Source: an uncultured archaeon
Lineage (GTDB): Archaea > Asgardarchaeota > Hermodarchaeia > Hermodarchaeales > Hermodarchaeaceae
NCBI GenBank assembly: GCA_964347045.1
Contig: CAYFXC010000006.1
Span: 40,047-100,414 of the forward strand
Length of the DNA: 60,368 bases
Direction: 5' to 3'
The translations under genes and the position numbers were made by a program. Below the pieces are notes generated by a model. That model was not told the DNA's origin. It ran no database searches and saw only the letters and a program-made list of their open reading frames with translations. Below, piece by piece: positions 19,713 to 30,148 of this stretch. Position 1 is the first letter of the stretch. The number at the start of each line of letters is the position of its first letter.

Positions 19713-20480
19713 ATGCCATTATCAAAGAATATGAAAATCATCATCGCAGTTGTAACCGTGGCTACTGTCGCAATAGCAGTACCCGCAATCGGATTTTCAT
19801 TGATTAACACTAACGCCATACATTTCACACTTTTGGAAAATGCTGGGGTGATGATTGAGGTAAATGGCTTTCGGGTATATGTGGATCCCACTAACCTTCC
19901 TGACAGTTACGGGAATCTTCCTGCAGATGTTGTCCTTGTCACTCATCCCCACCTTGATCATTACGATGTGGCATCAATCAATTTAATCCAAAAGGAAACA
20001 ACAGTGAATGTGTTCCCAGCAAGCATGCCCCTAGAGATTGCTAGACATCACGGGCAAGGCGTACAACCACGAGACGAACTCCAGGTTGCATCAGTTCGCC
20101 TTACTGCATTCTTCATGTACACTTTTGATATTGAAGGGGGAGACGCAAGTCATCCCATCGGAGAGAACTATACAAGCTATATCATCGAAATTGGTGGTTT
20201 GACCTTCTTCCATGCGGGTGATTCAAAAAATATCCCTGAATACAGTGAGTTACAGGGAACAATTGATGTTGCCTTGCTACCCTTGGGTCCTGGATGCCAA
20301 ACAATGTTTAATCAAGAAGTAGTTGATGCACTAGAAGTGATTCAGCCGCGGTATTTCGTACCAATCCATTATGCAGAAGGAGCTAACATTGAGTGGATCG
20401 CCACATATGGACCTCAGTGCACAATGTGTCAAATCATAAATCTAGCTTACTGGCAACCAACGAATTTTCTTCCTGAATAA
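19713..20480 (+). CDS. Exported/membrane-anchored MBL-fold metallo-hydrolase
   Basis: N-terminal hydrophobic helix, THPHLDH, FHAGDS, VPIH. Confidence 0.88.
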   Translation: MPLSKNMKIIIAVVTVATVAIAVPAIGFSLINTNAIHFTLLENAGVMIEVNGFRVYVDPTNLPDSYGNLPADVVLVTHPHLDHYDVASINLIQKETTVNVFPASMPLEIARHHGQGVQPRDELQVASVRLTAFFMYTFDIEGGDASHPIGENYTSYIIEIGGLTFFHAGDSKNIPEYSELQGTIDVALLPLGPGCQTMFNQEVVDALEVIQPRYFVPIHYAEGANIEWIATYGPQCTMCQIINLAYWQPTNFLPE

Positions 20481-20745
20481 TCCTCAGCTTCAATAGCTCA
20501 AATGGCTGAGTGACATCATCGGTTAAACAGATTCAGAAAAGCTGTGACCCGTTCAAAGCAAGTGGACTTTGAAAATCCCAAAATAGTTCTAACTATCATT
20601 ATACGTTAATATGGTAAAACATCTCTATTGTCGGGACCTTTTTTTATTAGATTTATAAAAATGGATTAAGCTTTTATCATAGTTCAAGAGTATGTTCTCA
20701 ATCGTTGAGAAAGACCCCTGAGAACTAAATCACTTAATTGGGAAA

Positions 20746-22074
20746 ATGAGTACAATGGAACCACCTGAACCAGATCAACACACTTTTCGAAGTTATCTTA
20801 TTTTCTGGGGTGGCCAATTGGCTTCTTTGGCAGGAACGAACATCGTTACCTTCAGCCTCACCTGGTGGATCACAATTCAAACTGGTAGTGCGTTTTTCCT
20901 TGGAATTTCAGCGTTTTTTGCGTTTGGGAGCTTCATTCTAATTACACCTATCGCCGGAGTCTTGGTGGATCGATGGTCACGAAAAAAGGTCATTATTATC
21001 GCCGATAGCCTTTTGGCTCTATTGAGTTTTATCCTCGTCATTTTCTTCTTTCTAGGAATCGCTAATATCATCCATGTACTGATCATTCAGCTCATTGGAG
21101 GAATGGTGGGAGCCTTCCATGCCATGGCAGTTCAAGCCATTATTCCAATAATGGTTCCCCGTAAACACCTGACTCGTATGAATAGCTTGAATTATTTCGC
21201 GACGGCGTTGATTCAAACGGTCGGTCCAGCAATCGGAGCGTTAGTGTTTATTCTATTATTTGGTGAGATGGGACGTATTCTACTCATCGATATTACAACA
21301 TACATTATTGCAGTTATTCCAACTATTTTTGTCTACATTCCCGCGGTTCGGATAAAAACTCCTGTAGATAAACCTTCATTCAGACAGGAATTTTCAGAAG
21401 GCCTAACCTTCATCAGAACTCGTTCTGGGCTACTCACCATGCTGATCCTGTTTGCCATTACGAATTTTTTACTTCCTCCTATCTTCATATTGCTTCCCCT
21501 ATATAGCACCATAATTCTTGCAATTGGAGACGTTTCGTTAGCAATTGTGTTTCTTGCTGTCTTGTTGTCCTTTCAAAGTGGGAGTATGATGATTACCTCA
21601 GCTGTTATGATGGTCTGGGGTGGATTCAAACGTAACATCATCGGAGTTTTTCTAGGTATCTTCTTTGGTGCCCTCGGTATGGTTATCCTTGCCTTAACAC
21701 CACCAGGTATTTTCTGGATTGCCGCATTTGGCGTCATTCTAATCGGCTTCACTATTCCCATTGCCAATATTTCCAGCCAAACCATCTGGCAAAAAGTCGT
21801 TCCCCCTGAAAAAATGGGACGAGTCTTTTCAGTCCGAACCACAGTTGCTCAGTTCACAGCACCCTTTGCTTTCCTCGTCGCAGGTATCCTTGCGGAGCTA
21901 TATTCGATTCCCCTAATTTTTATCATATTTGGGTCAACTTTGCTAGCCGTATTGCTAATCTCATGGATGTTTACCGGTCTACCACAGGTTGAAAAACAAC
22001 TCGAAAAGGATGAAATAAAACCCGTTGACGAAACTAATCAGACTAATGAAAAACCAGTAATCGAAGGACAATAA
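20746..22074 (+). CDS. MFS transporter (Mef/MFS_3 efflux type)
   Basis: 12 TM, GVLVDRWSRKKV motif A, Q..VP.EKMGRVFS. Confidence 0.92.
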   Translation: MSTMEPPEPDQHTFRSYLIFWGGQLASLAGTNIVTFSLTWWITIQTGSAFFLGISAFFAFGSFILITPIAGVLVDRWSRKKVIIIADSLLALLSFILVIFFFLGIANIIHVLIIQLIGGMVGAFHAMAVQAIIPIMVPRKHLTRMNSLNYFATALIQTVGPAIGALVFILLFGEMGRILLIDITTYIIAVIPTIFVYIPAVRIKTPVDKPSFRQEFSEGLTFIRTRSGLLTMLILFAITNFLLPPIFILLPLYSTIILAIGDVSLAIVFLAVLLSFQSGSMMITSAVMMVWGGFKRNIIGVFLGIFFGALGMVILALTPPGIFWIAAFGVILIGFTIPIANISSQTIWQKVVPPEKMGRVFSVRTTVAQFTAPFAFLVAGILAELYSIPLIFIIFGSTLLAVLLISWMFTGLPQVEKQLEKDEIKPVDETNQTNEKPVIEGQ

Positions 22075-22170
22075 CAGAGCTAGCTAGAAAGGCTTGCGAT
22101 ATCTGAAACAAATCAAGGGATTTCTTTTCTAGGTACAAAAGTTTTAGGCGGGAAATACATGGTTTGATGT

Positions 22171-22782
22171 ATGACAGAATTTCTAAATGTGTCTGTCCAG
22201 AATGGTCAACTCGTGCCTTTGGGGCATGAGAAAGTTGGAACAACCATTGATGAAGTAAAATTTGAGGGGACTACTGGTCGCCTTGCACTATCAGATATAC
22301 GACTTGTGTGGTATAAACTCGAGAAACCAAAAAGGGGAGGCTTGTTCGGCGGGTTTGCTAAAGCGCTAGCTGTCGGTGTGGCTGGATCAGTAGCAGCAGA
22401 TGCCGCCCGTCGTCATGGGGGTTTTGTTGGTGGTGCTCTTAGTAGAGGTATCCGCCACGCTACCCATGCTACGGCGACAGCTATAGTTATTGACACACTA
22501 TCAAGTAACGATATGGTCGCACGTGGGAAAGGAGGCGTCGCAGAATCTCTAGCAATACCACTTATGGTCATCGATAATATCGACAGCCCGAAGAAAAAAC
22601 TCGTCATTACGCTATCTAGCGGAGAAGATATCGAGTTTGAAAGTAAAAAACCGCAAATGTTTGCGGTCGTTGAGGCTCAAATTGAAGCAGCAAAAACTAA
22701 GAATAAATGCCCATTTTGTGGTACACATGTCCCGTCTGGTGATACCCATTGTCCTCATTGTGCTGCACCTGTAAAAAGTTGA
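22171..22782 (+). CDS. PH-like domain protein with Gly/Ala-rich insert and C-terminal zinc ribbon
   Basis: GRLALSDIRLVWY, CPFC...CPHC. Confidence 0.7.
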   Translation: MTEFLNVSVQNGQLVPLGHEKVGTTIDEVKFEGTTGRLALSDIRLVWYKLEKPKRGGLFGGFAKALAVGVAGSVAADAARRHGGFVGGALSRGIRHATHATATAIVIDTLSSNDMVARGKGGVAESLAIPLMVIDNIDSPKKKLVITLSSGEDIEFESKKPQMFAVVEAQIEAAKTKNKCPFCGTHVPSGDTHCPHCAAPVKS

Positions 22783-23010
22783 CCTACAACCTCATCAACA
22801 GCGCCAGTGACTGGACCGACCACGATGCCAAGTAGTATGCCTTCCATGCCATAAGTTCAAAGTCAACACTGAAACAAAACTGTACCAATCAGTGAACAGT
22901 GTACACAATGTGGAACACCACTCATTGCTCACTGCGCGAACAGCGGATCTGAGCTTCCACTTTTCATGTATCAGGGCAAATTCCGTCCAAAAAGCGAATA
23001 TAAACTGACC
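22783..23010 (+). pseudogene. Decayed in-frame C-terminal extension (Pro/Thr linker + double zinc ribbon) of the preceding gene
   Basis: Same frame: PTTSSTAP...MP*VQSQH*NKTVPISEQCTQCGTPLIAHCANSGSELP...KFRPKSEYKL. Confidence 0.7.
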
Positions 23011-23218
23011 GAACAAAAAATCCCAAAAAACCTGTCTTTTAGAAATCGTTCTATAAAATGGGCAGTCTTGAAGAATTTAAAAAAATTTCAATCGTTTCTT
23101 TACACCGATACAATTATTATAGCCATTTCCGTAATCAGCGGTAAGCAAAAAGCGATTCTTCCTATCCAGCGGGAATCGTTTCACTTTGCTCAAAATACGA
23201 ACTAAAGTGAGATTAAGA

Positions 23219-25501
23219 ATGAAAAAGATAACCTTGAAAGCAAGCCTTTTGATAATCAGCTTACTAGTGTTTAACTTTGGGTTGCAAAGCCCTTTCCTAC
23301 CTATTGTACAGAGGAATGAAGGCGCACCTATAGTTTCTGCAATTTTAGCTCCGGTGAATAGCGTAACAGCATTTAGCGTCAATGCATCTGATCCAATTGA
23401 ATACTTTGATGTTCCGATTTTGGAACCTGGTGTATACAGCATGAATGTGAGCTGCTATACAGACTCTGGATTACCAGCACCAGGCCCCGGTGTCACTGTC
23501 GATTTTCTCTATTCAATGGAAATGTGGTATCCTCATATTGGTACGGTTCCAGGATTCCAATCCATGGCATCTGCTGGTTGGTGGCCCCAGAATGAAAACG
23601 AGACACGAGGGTATTTCTTTGAAGAGGTCGCTGTTATGCCCGGTGCCTTCCGAATCGAATTCACACTCACTAATACCGATCCTGATGACCAGATGAGTGG
23701 AAATGTCACTGTTACCCAGGAACTGGCGTTTTCGATGTTGCCTTATGCCCAACCGTTGGGTCAGAATTCAACCATCAGCTTTTCTCAAGACAATTCTTGG
23801 ATGGGTCTTCGGGTTAATTTGCCTGAAAATGGCCTATACAACATAACGGCTTTTAGCGCAATGAATTGGTCAACAACCGGAGGCTGGGTTGGTGATGCAA
23901 CCTTTAGACCATTTGATGATGTCATGCTTATCGAGCTAATTCATGGCAGATATGACTACTATAATGATCCCTGGCATATGATATCCTACAATATTCCAGC
24001 AGGGGCAGACACTAATGGTTCCACTTGGGGACCGGATTTCAGTCTAGCTCCGATGGAAGCCGGTGATTACTATCTACTTGGCAATGCCGAAGACTTCGAA
24101 TTCCTTAATGGTTCATTACTTGAGTTTACCTTCAATATTTCCCCAATACCAACACAAATCCTCTATCCCAGTGTACCACTTCAGCTTGCATTCAACACCA
24201 CGCCCAACGTCTATGACACCTACATTGCCGTTACTATTCCAGAAGGTCACTACTTCAGTTCCTACTTTTCCAATCCGGTTGGTCAAAACTGGACTGTGAT
24301 GACATATGATGCATGGACAGGAGCCTATTCAGGTCCCATGTTCCAAACATATGCCGATCCTTCTGGTTTCTATATAGACCAAGAAAACCTTGAACGCGGT
24401 TGGGTTACAGAGGTGAGTATGGGAGGATTTCCAGCACCGGGTCTCGTTGGTGATTGGAATACCGATTGGTGGACGGCAGATGCCACCTATTCGATCTATG
24501 TCAATGGTACAAATGTCGGCGCCATTCCACCTGGTGGATTGGGGGCATTGAGCCGATTCAACACCTTCTATTTCCGTGTCCTCGCGATCCCAACCGGAAC
24601 TCCCAATACGACATTTCATATCGATGCAAACTTCGAAATTACCCCATTCCCTGAATTGACCGCCAGTGGATTAACCTTTGACTTCAACAGCACCATTGGA
24701 CCCTTTTACCATATCTTTCAAGTACCTCAAGCCAGTGGGGCAATCTATAAGGTCAACGCCCTTGCCAGCAATTACACCTCAACCGGTACTATCGCCCTTG
24801 AAGATTTAGAGCAATCTAAAGAGTACGAAAACTGGCAGTGGATGGGAATGTTCCTCGGAAGTCCACTTGCATATGGCGATCCAGCTGCGGGTCCAGGAGC
24901 TTCGATGAATACGAATGACACTGCAACCTTAACCTATGTCTCTGTTAAAGATTTCATGAATTATCTGTGGGTTCAAGGACCTGGAATGGTTGGGGGTGAT
25001 ATGACCGAAGGTAATGTGTCGCTTGAAATTACACCATCCACACCATACTTCATTGGCACTGTGGGTTCAGCAACAGTCGCAGAGAAACAGTTCGCTAGCT
25101 ACACCTTCAACGTTGCAGCTGGTACTACTTACTATTTCGAGTTTACACTGAAACCGGATGGAGAGGAGGCCGTTGGTTACTTCCTTGATCCCTTTGGTTA
25201 CTCACCCTTCGTAACTAGCGGGTTTTTCGACCTTTTCATTGCAGTTGCAACCACATTGCCATTTAGTACGACCTACACTGGTACTTTCACTGCAAGAATG
25301 ACTGGTAGAGTTAGTCTCGTTATAGTGGGAGGAGGACCCATAGGATCAATGATTGAGAGTCCTGTTGAATTCTATATCGGTATTGTGACTCCACCGTTTT
25401 CGATGCCTATGATCGCCGCAATTGTACTAACCGCAATCATCATGGTAGTTGTAGGTATTTTTGTGGGCTACTTAATTACTAAACGTCGCTTCCTACCATA
25501 A
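23219..25501 (+). CDS. Large secreted surface (S-layer-like) glycoprotein with C-terminal TM anchor
   Basis: Signal peptide MKKITLK..., beta-rich acidic ectodomain, ~18 N-x-S/T sequons, TM + KRR tail. Confidence 0.8.
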   Translation: MKKITLKASLLIISLLVFNFGLQSPFLPIVQRNEGAPIVSAILAPVNSVTAFSVNASDPIEYFDVPILEPGVYSMNVSCYTDSGLPAPGPGVTVDFLYSMEMWYPHIGTVPGFQSMASAGWWPQNENETRGYFFEEVAVMPGAFRIEFTLTNTDPDDQMSGNVTVTQELAFSMLPYAQPLGQNSTISFSQDNSWMGLRVNLPENGLYNITAFSAMNWSTTGGWVGDATFRPFDDVMLIELIHGRYDYYNDPWHMISYNIPAGADTNGSTWGPDFSLAPMEAGDYYLLGNAEDFEFLNGSLLEFTFNISPIPTQILYPSVPLQLAFNTTPNVYDTYIAVTIPEGHYFSSYFSNPVGQNWTVMTYDAWTGAYSGPMFQTYADPSGFYIDQENLERGWVTEVSMGGFPAPGLVGDWNTDWWTADATYSIYVNGTNVGAIPPGGLGALSRFNTFYFRVLAIPTGTPNTTFHIDANFEITPFPELTASGLTFDFNSTIGPFYHIFQVPQASGAIYKVNALASNYTSTGTIALEDLEQSKEYENWQWMGMFLGSPLAYGDPAAGPGASMNTNDTATLTYVSVKDFMNYLWVQGPGMVGGDMTEGNVSLEITPSTPYFIGTVGSATVAEKQFASYTFNVAAGTTYYFEFTLKPDGEEAVGYFLDPFGYSPFVTSGFFDLFIAVATTLPFSTTYTGTFTARMTGRVSLVIVGGGPIGSMIESPVEFYIGIVTPPFSMPMIAAIVLTAIIMVVVGIFVGYLITKRRFLP

Positions 25502-25526
25502 GCTCATTTATGGATCCAATTCCGAA

Positions 25527-25570
25527 AGAAGGGGGTAAAAAATTCCTTAGCCCCCTCCTCTCTTTTTTAC
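25527..25570 (+). terminator. Stem-loop plus T-tract terminator
   Basis: AGGGGG...CCCCCT then CTCTTTTTT. Confidence 0.6.
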
Positions 25571-25682
25571 AAAATTGTTAGTTCTTTATTTTGGATACCA
25601 ATGATTTGAAACTGTAATTAATCCAATGACGATTCACTTTCTTCCCAGTTTTATACAAGTAAATTACTCTATAATTACAAGG

Positions 25683-26420
25683 ATGATGTCTGTGACAATT
25701 AGTGAGGAACTTAAGGCAATTGAACAGCGACTGGAGAAGGAAGGTGATACTGAAGCGGTTCGAAAAGAATTCTGGAGAATAGTTGGAAAAATCAAGCGCA
25801 TGGATCCTGATAAGCTAGATGAGGCGACAATTGAGAAAGCCTCAGACATCCGAAATCACTTATTCAAACAGAAGGTTGTTTTGAGCCTTGGAAAAGGATT
25901 AATCGTATTTTTCCTCATCGCCCACCTCACATTTGTATGCTTTCTTTGGACACTCCTTTATTTTGAGATAATAATCTCGCTGTTCGTTACCCTCCCACCA
26001 TTTATTCTACTCATTGTGCTGAATGGCATCATTTTGGTGTTATGTCTTTTCATTGTCTATGGGATTTATCCGTGGGGGCGGTACTTGGGAGGTGTGATTG
26101 CCCGAGTGAAATTCGAAGGGTTCTATCGTTATTCTCCGGTTGAACTGGGTCTGAAAATCGAATACACCAGTTATTTACAAACGACTCAAAGTCGTCGGAA
26201 ATGGGTCTTTGGATTCCCAATTCTCGTGGTCTTTGGATATCTTTTGGTTCTTCTAATCATTTCTTGGTGGCTGAATTATACAGGAATTTGGGCACCACTT
26301 TTCCTTGTCAGTGGTTTTGGAATATTTTACTTGATTATCTATTATAAGAAAACAGGCGAACTCTATCGATTTATACGTGAACTCAGGATTGAGCGCGAAT
26401 TGGAACCAAAAACAAAGTAA
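25683..26420 (+). CDS. Hypothetical membrane protein
   Basis: N-terminal helical domain + 4 TM; LKIEYTSYL motif. Confidence 0.7.
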   Translation: MMSVTISEELKAIEQRLEKEGDTEAVRKEFWRIVGKIKRMDPDKLDEATIEKASDIRNHLFKQKVVLSLGKGLIVFFLIAHLTFVCFLWTLLYFEIIISLFVTLPPFILLIVLNGIILVLCLFIVYGIYPWGRYLGGVIARVKFEGFYRYSPVELGLKIEYTSYLQTTQSRRKWVFGFPILVVFGYLLVLLIISWWLNYTGIWAPLFLVSGFGIFYLIIYYKKTGELYRFIRELRIERELEPKTK

Positions 26421-26441
26421 CGAAATAGGGAGTGGAATTTT

Positions 26442-27407
26442 ATGAAAAAACTTGAGAACCTGTTCTTCAAACCCTACTTCGTTTCACATCTTGGATGTTT
26501 AGGTGGCTGCTTTGAGTATTATGGATTGGATATATCGAAACCATGGCTCTTCGGAGCCACTGGCCACGGTTTCATCATTAACATTGCAACAGACATGTGC
26601 CCAAGTGGACCCACGGCTTGGAATACATCGATGATTCTTCAGCTAGCACAAAATCTTGGAGCAGAAATCGATGGTATCATAGCCTGGAAAACGGATGCTG
26701 ATTTTTCGAAAAAACAGAAAGAGGCTTGGAATTTCATTCGGAAAGCCATTGACAATAATCAACCGTGTTATGGCTGGCAAATCGGTGATATTCATGATTT
26801 TGACATCATCTATGGATATGATGATGACGGGTATTATTACAACGGGTACACCAGCGAGGAAGGAAGTGGCCCAATAGCATGGAGCAAAGTTGGAACCACT
26901 GGTGTTACACTATTAGAAATGTACCGAGTCAACCGCATACGACCCACAAATCAAAATGCAATGGTTAAACATGCGTTTCAACTAATCCTGAAACATTCTC
27001 AGAACCCTAAAGAGTGGATTCAGTATCCAAAGTACAAATCAGGGCTAAAAGGCTTTGACCAATGGATGAGCGCAATTGAATCTGGTAGCGCAGTTTCATT
27101 TGGAAATGCATACAACGCTGCCGTGTGGGCTGAATGCCGAATCATGGCAGTAGAATTTCTGAAAGAAGCACAAGAACGGCTTGGACCCAAACATAACCTC
27201 CTTTTTGAGAAAGCGATTGGATACTATGATGCTGTTGCCCGAAACCTAACAAAATTGACCGAGATGTATCCATTCTCACCCCAACTCCCAATGGACCCAA
27301 TTGGACTGAATGATCGCACCCAAACGTGTATCGATATTTTGAAAGGCGTAAAAGAAGCGGAGGCGAAGGGATTACAGACTTTAGGAGAGCTTATTGAAGT
27401 TCTTTAG
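26442..27407 (+). CDS. BtrH-N/peptidase-C39-like fold protein
   Basis: WLFGATGHGFIINI, CPSGPTAW, IRKAIDNNQP, IYGYDDDGYY, W.ECR..A..FL. Confidence 0.6.
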   Translation: MKKLENLFFKPYFVSHLGCLGGCFEYYGLDISKPWLFGATGHGFIINIATDMCPSGPTAWNTSMILQLAQNLGAEIDGIIAWKTDADFSKKQKEAWNFIRKAIDNNQPCYGWQIGDIHDFDIIYGYDDDGYYYNGYTSEEGSGPIAWSKVGTTGVTLLEMYRVNRIRPTNQNAMVKHAFQLILKHSQNPKEWIQYPKYKSGLKGFDQWMSAIESGSAVSFGNAYNAAVWAECRIMAVEFLKEAQERLGPKHNLLFEKAIGYYDAVARNLTKLTEMYPFSPQLPMDPIGLNDRTQTCIDILKGVKEAEAKGLQTLGELIEVL

Positions 27408-27421
27408 ACGCATGCGATAGT

Positions 27422-27570
27422 TGCCAAATGACCCAGTTTATGATATAGGGAGCGGCCCAAGATTAATAGAAATTATTGTTTGATACTCGGTTATTCCAAC
27501 AGGATCGTTAAACCCAAAGGTGTAGTATTTGCTATGGGTGAGTGCACTGAAGCATACGTCAACCAAGCCT
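27422..27570 (+). pseudogene. Possible remnant of a class I SAM methyltransferase
   Basis: LPNDPVYDIGSGP (motif I-like) then, frameshifted, RIVKPKGVVFAM. Confidence 0.3.
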
Positions 27571-27715
27571 TTTGGCACATCAAAATGCTGCCTTCAAAAA
27601 AACAATCTACCTCAACCCCAATTTACCACTTTGGATTCTTCCTCAAAATTCTGATTGAATGTTAAGCATTTTAATGCCGTTACATACTGATATCGTCAAA
27701 GATGGTGTTCAACCA

Positions 27716-29368
27716 ATGAGTGCGGACCAGAAGTTTGATACTCTAAAAAATAAGATGTATGAACGGTTCTACAAAACGTTTCCAGAGATTGCTAGCCTAC
27801 TTGGACTTCATGATCCGTTTGATAAGCAATTTTCAAAAGGTGATTTAACAACAGACCGTGAAATAGAGAAGATGTTGGAAGAATCTGTTCATCGTATGAA
27901 TGAAACAATCGATTTTGATTCGCTAAGTGATTTGAACAAAATCGACTGGCAAGTCTTGGAAAAAACTCTTGACTTATGGAAATTTAAGTTACACGAACAA
28001 CGCCAAGCGGAATTGAATCCTGAGGGATTCAACCTAATTGGCGCAAGTTTATTTCTAATGATTTCAAGAGACTATGCTCCCTTGCAAAAACGGATGGAAG
28101 ATGTGCTTGCAAGGCTTGAAGAGATTCCCAGATTTCTCAAGGAATTCCAGACACGATTTGAAAACACCCAGCCCGTGAAGTTATGGACTGAGATTGCTAT
28201 CGAAACCGCCCAACAAATGCCAGGACTTTTCCAATTTCTTGCAGTATTAGGAAAAGGGCAAATCCCAGATAAACTCCAAGATAAATTGGAAAAAACTGTG
28301 GCAGCCCTTGAAAAACCTCTCAAAGAGCATCTAAAATGGCTTCAAGAACTTCAATCGAATACAATAGAAGAGTGGGCGCTAGGGAAAAAGCGATTTGAAA
28401 AACTTATTCAGCTCCGAGGCTTGGGAATGACTTCACAAGAAATCCTACAATTTGGTATTCGATCTCTCAAATCCCTTAAAGAAGAACGATCCCGAATCGC
28501 GAGCCAAATTGATTCAAGCAAAAGCGTTGAAGAGGTTATGATAGATATTACGAAAGATAGTCCAGAAACTTTCGATGAAGCATTACTAGCAACCCGCACT
28601 GCTATGGAAGATGGGAAGCAGTTTGTTATTGAAAATGACCTTGCTACTGTTTATGAGGAAAATAAACTCTATGTCAAAGAAACTCCAGGCTTCCTTGCGC
28701 CCCTGATTCCGTTTGCCGCGTTGATACCTCCTTCCCGGTTTGACGATCCAAAGATTGGTATTTATGTTGTCACACGCCCCAAAGATATGGCTAACCTGAG
28801 TAAGAATCTGAACAACCCTAGTATTCGGAATGTTGCTGTTCACGAAGCGTTCCCCGGTCATTTTTTACAGGGATCAGCTTCAAATCGAGGATCGTTAGTC
28901 CCTCTTCTAGGTACGACGCTTACCGACCTAGGAGTCGAAACTGTTGAGGGCTGGGCTCATTACTGTGAAGAGTTGATGATGGAACTTGGATTCGTTACTG
29001 GTCTTGAAGCTAAGATGGTCCAACTTACTGAAGCTATCTGGCGGGCAGTACGCATTATTGTAGATGTGCAACTAGCACGTGGTGAAATGACCTTCGATGA
29101 AGCTGTGAACATGCTGATGAATGAAACAGGACTGTCAAAAGAGGGCGCTGTTGCTGAAGTCCGCTGGTACACCCTGTCACCTGGCTATCCTTTATCTTAT
29201 TTATTTGGAAAACACTTGATTTTACAATTACGCGAGGATATCAAACATATGATGGGAGATAAGTATTCAGAAAAATTCTTTCACGACACAATCACAGCAA
29301 ATGGTTATTTACCCATAACTTTACTCAGAAAGGTGTTTGACCAAGAATTTTCGAAAAATGAATCCTAG
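27716..29368 (+). CDS. DUF885 family protein (putative zinc metallopeptidase)
   Basis: HEAFPGH, EGWAHYCE, WRAVRIIVD, EV.WY...PG..LSY..G. Confidence 0.92.
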   Translation: MSADQKFDTLKNKMYERFYKTFPEIASLLGLHDPFDKQFSKGDLTTDREIEKMLEESVHRMNETIDFDSLSDLNKIDWQVLEKTLDLWKFKLHEQRQAELNPEGFNLIGASLFLMISRDYAPLQKRMEDVLARLEEIPRFLKEFQTRFENTQPVKLWTEIAIETAQQMPGLFQFLAVLGKGQIPDKLQDKLEKTVAALEKPLKEHLKWLQELQSNTIEEWALGKKRFEKLIQLRGLGMTSQEILQFGIRSLKSLKEERSRIASQIDSSKSVEEVMIDITKDSPETFDEALLATRTAMEDGKQFVIENDLATVYEENKLYVKETPGFLAPLIPFAALIPPSRFDDPKIGIYVVTRPKDMANLSKNLNNPSIRNVAVHEAFPGHFLQGSASNRGSLVPLLGTTLTDLGVETVEGWAHYCEELMMELGFVTGLEAKMVQLTEAIWRAVRIIVDVQLARGEMTFDEAVNMLMNETGLSKEGAVAEVRWYTLSPGYPLSYLFGKHLILQLREDIKHMMGDKYSEKFFHDTITANGYLPITLLRKVFDQEFSKNES

Positions 29369-29392
29369 CAGAATTCAGTGATAATACACAAA

Positions 29393-30130
29393 TTAGTATA
29401 TGCCTGGAAAAAGCCGGTAGCGTGTTTGTTCTATATAGTTGTCATATCCTTCAAGTTCTTTTCCTAGTGCTTGATCTTCTTTGTTTGTTCGATAGATAAA
29501 TGCGAAAACCATTATGATTCCTAGAAAGAAAGCCCACCACGAGGATAGGAGCAAGGGTGTTCCTAGATAGTAGAGGATTTGACCAAGATACCCTGGGTGG
29601 CGTACCCACCGATATGGACCTTTCGTGATGACACTATGATAGCGTTCCTTTTGAATCACCATCATCCCTTGAAAGAAGGGATTTGAAACCATAGCCCACC
29701 CGAAGATACCCTCACCAACCATAATGAGCCCGAGCCCACTAATGACCAGCCACAATGGAACTGTAAATGGAAAAAGAAACCAAATTCCAAAGACTTCTTG
29801 ATAATCGAGTCCAGCGAAGATGGGAATCAGAATGAATAATGGCACATACATTACGAAGAAGATTTTATCGTATGGAGGCATGGGTGCTTTTCGCATGGCT
29901 TTTACTGGAGCTCCACGAATGTTGAGAAGGCTAGGATTTTTCCTTGCCATAGCGAGCATGAAGACTGCAGAAAAGATGAGTAGGAAGGTAATGTAAAGCC
30001 AGGCATTGAGCCAGAGTTGGAATCCCGCAGAAACCCAGAGAAGGACGGCAATAAAGAGAACAAGGGTAAATTCACGGATGATACTATTAACTCCATACTT
30101 GTTGATGGATTTAGAAGGAGTAATTGACAT
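29393..30130 (-). CDS. Isoprenylcysteine carboxyl methyltransferase/PEMT family membrane methyltransferase
   Basis: NPFF, GPYRWVRHPGY, ED..L..EL.GY..Y...RYRLFP. Confidence 0.9.
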   Translation of the reverse strand: MSITPSKSINKYGVNSIIREFTLVLFIAVLLWVSAGFQLWLNAWLYITFLLIFSAVFMLAMARKNPSLLNIRGAPVKAMRKAPMPPYDKIFFVMYVPLFILIPIFAGLDYQEVFGIWFLFPFTVPLWLVISGLGLIMVGEGIFGWAMVSNPFFQGMMVIQKERYHSVITKGPYRWVRHPGYLGQILYYLGTPLLLSSWWAFFLGIIMVFAFIYRTNKEDQALGKELEGYDNYIEQTRYRLFPGIY

Positions 30131-30148
30131 TGAAGTATTCCTCCAATT

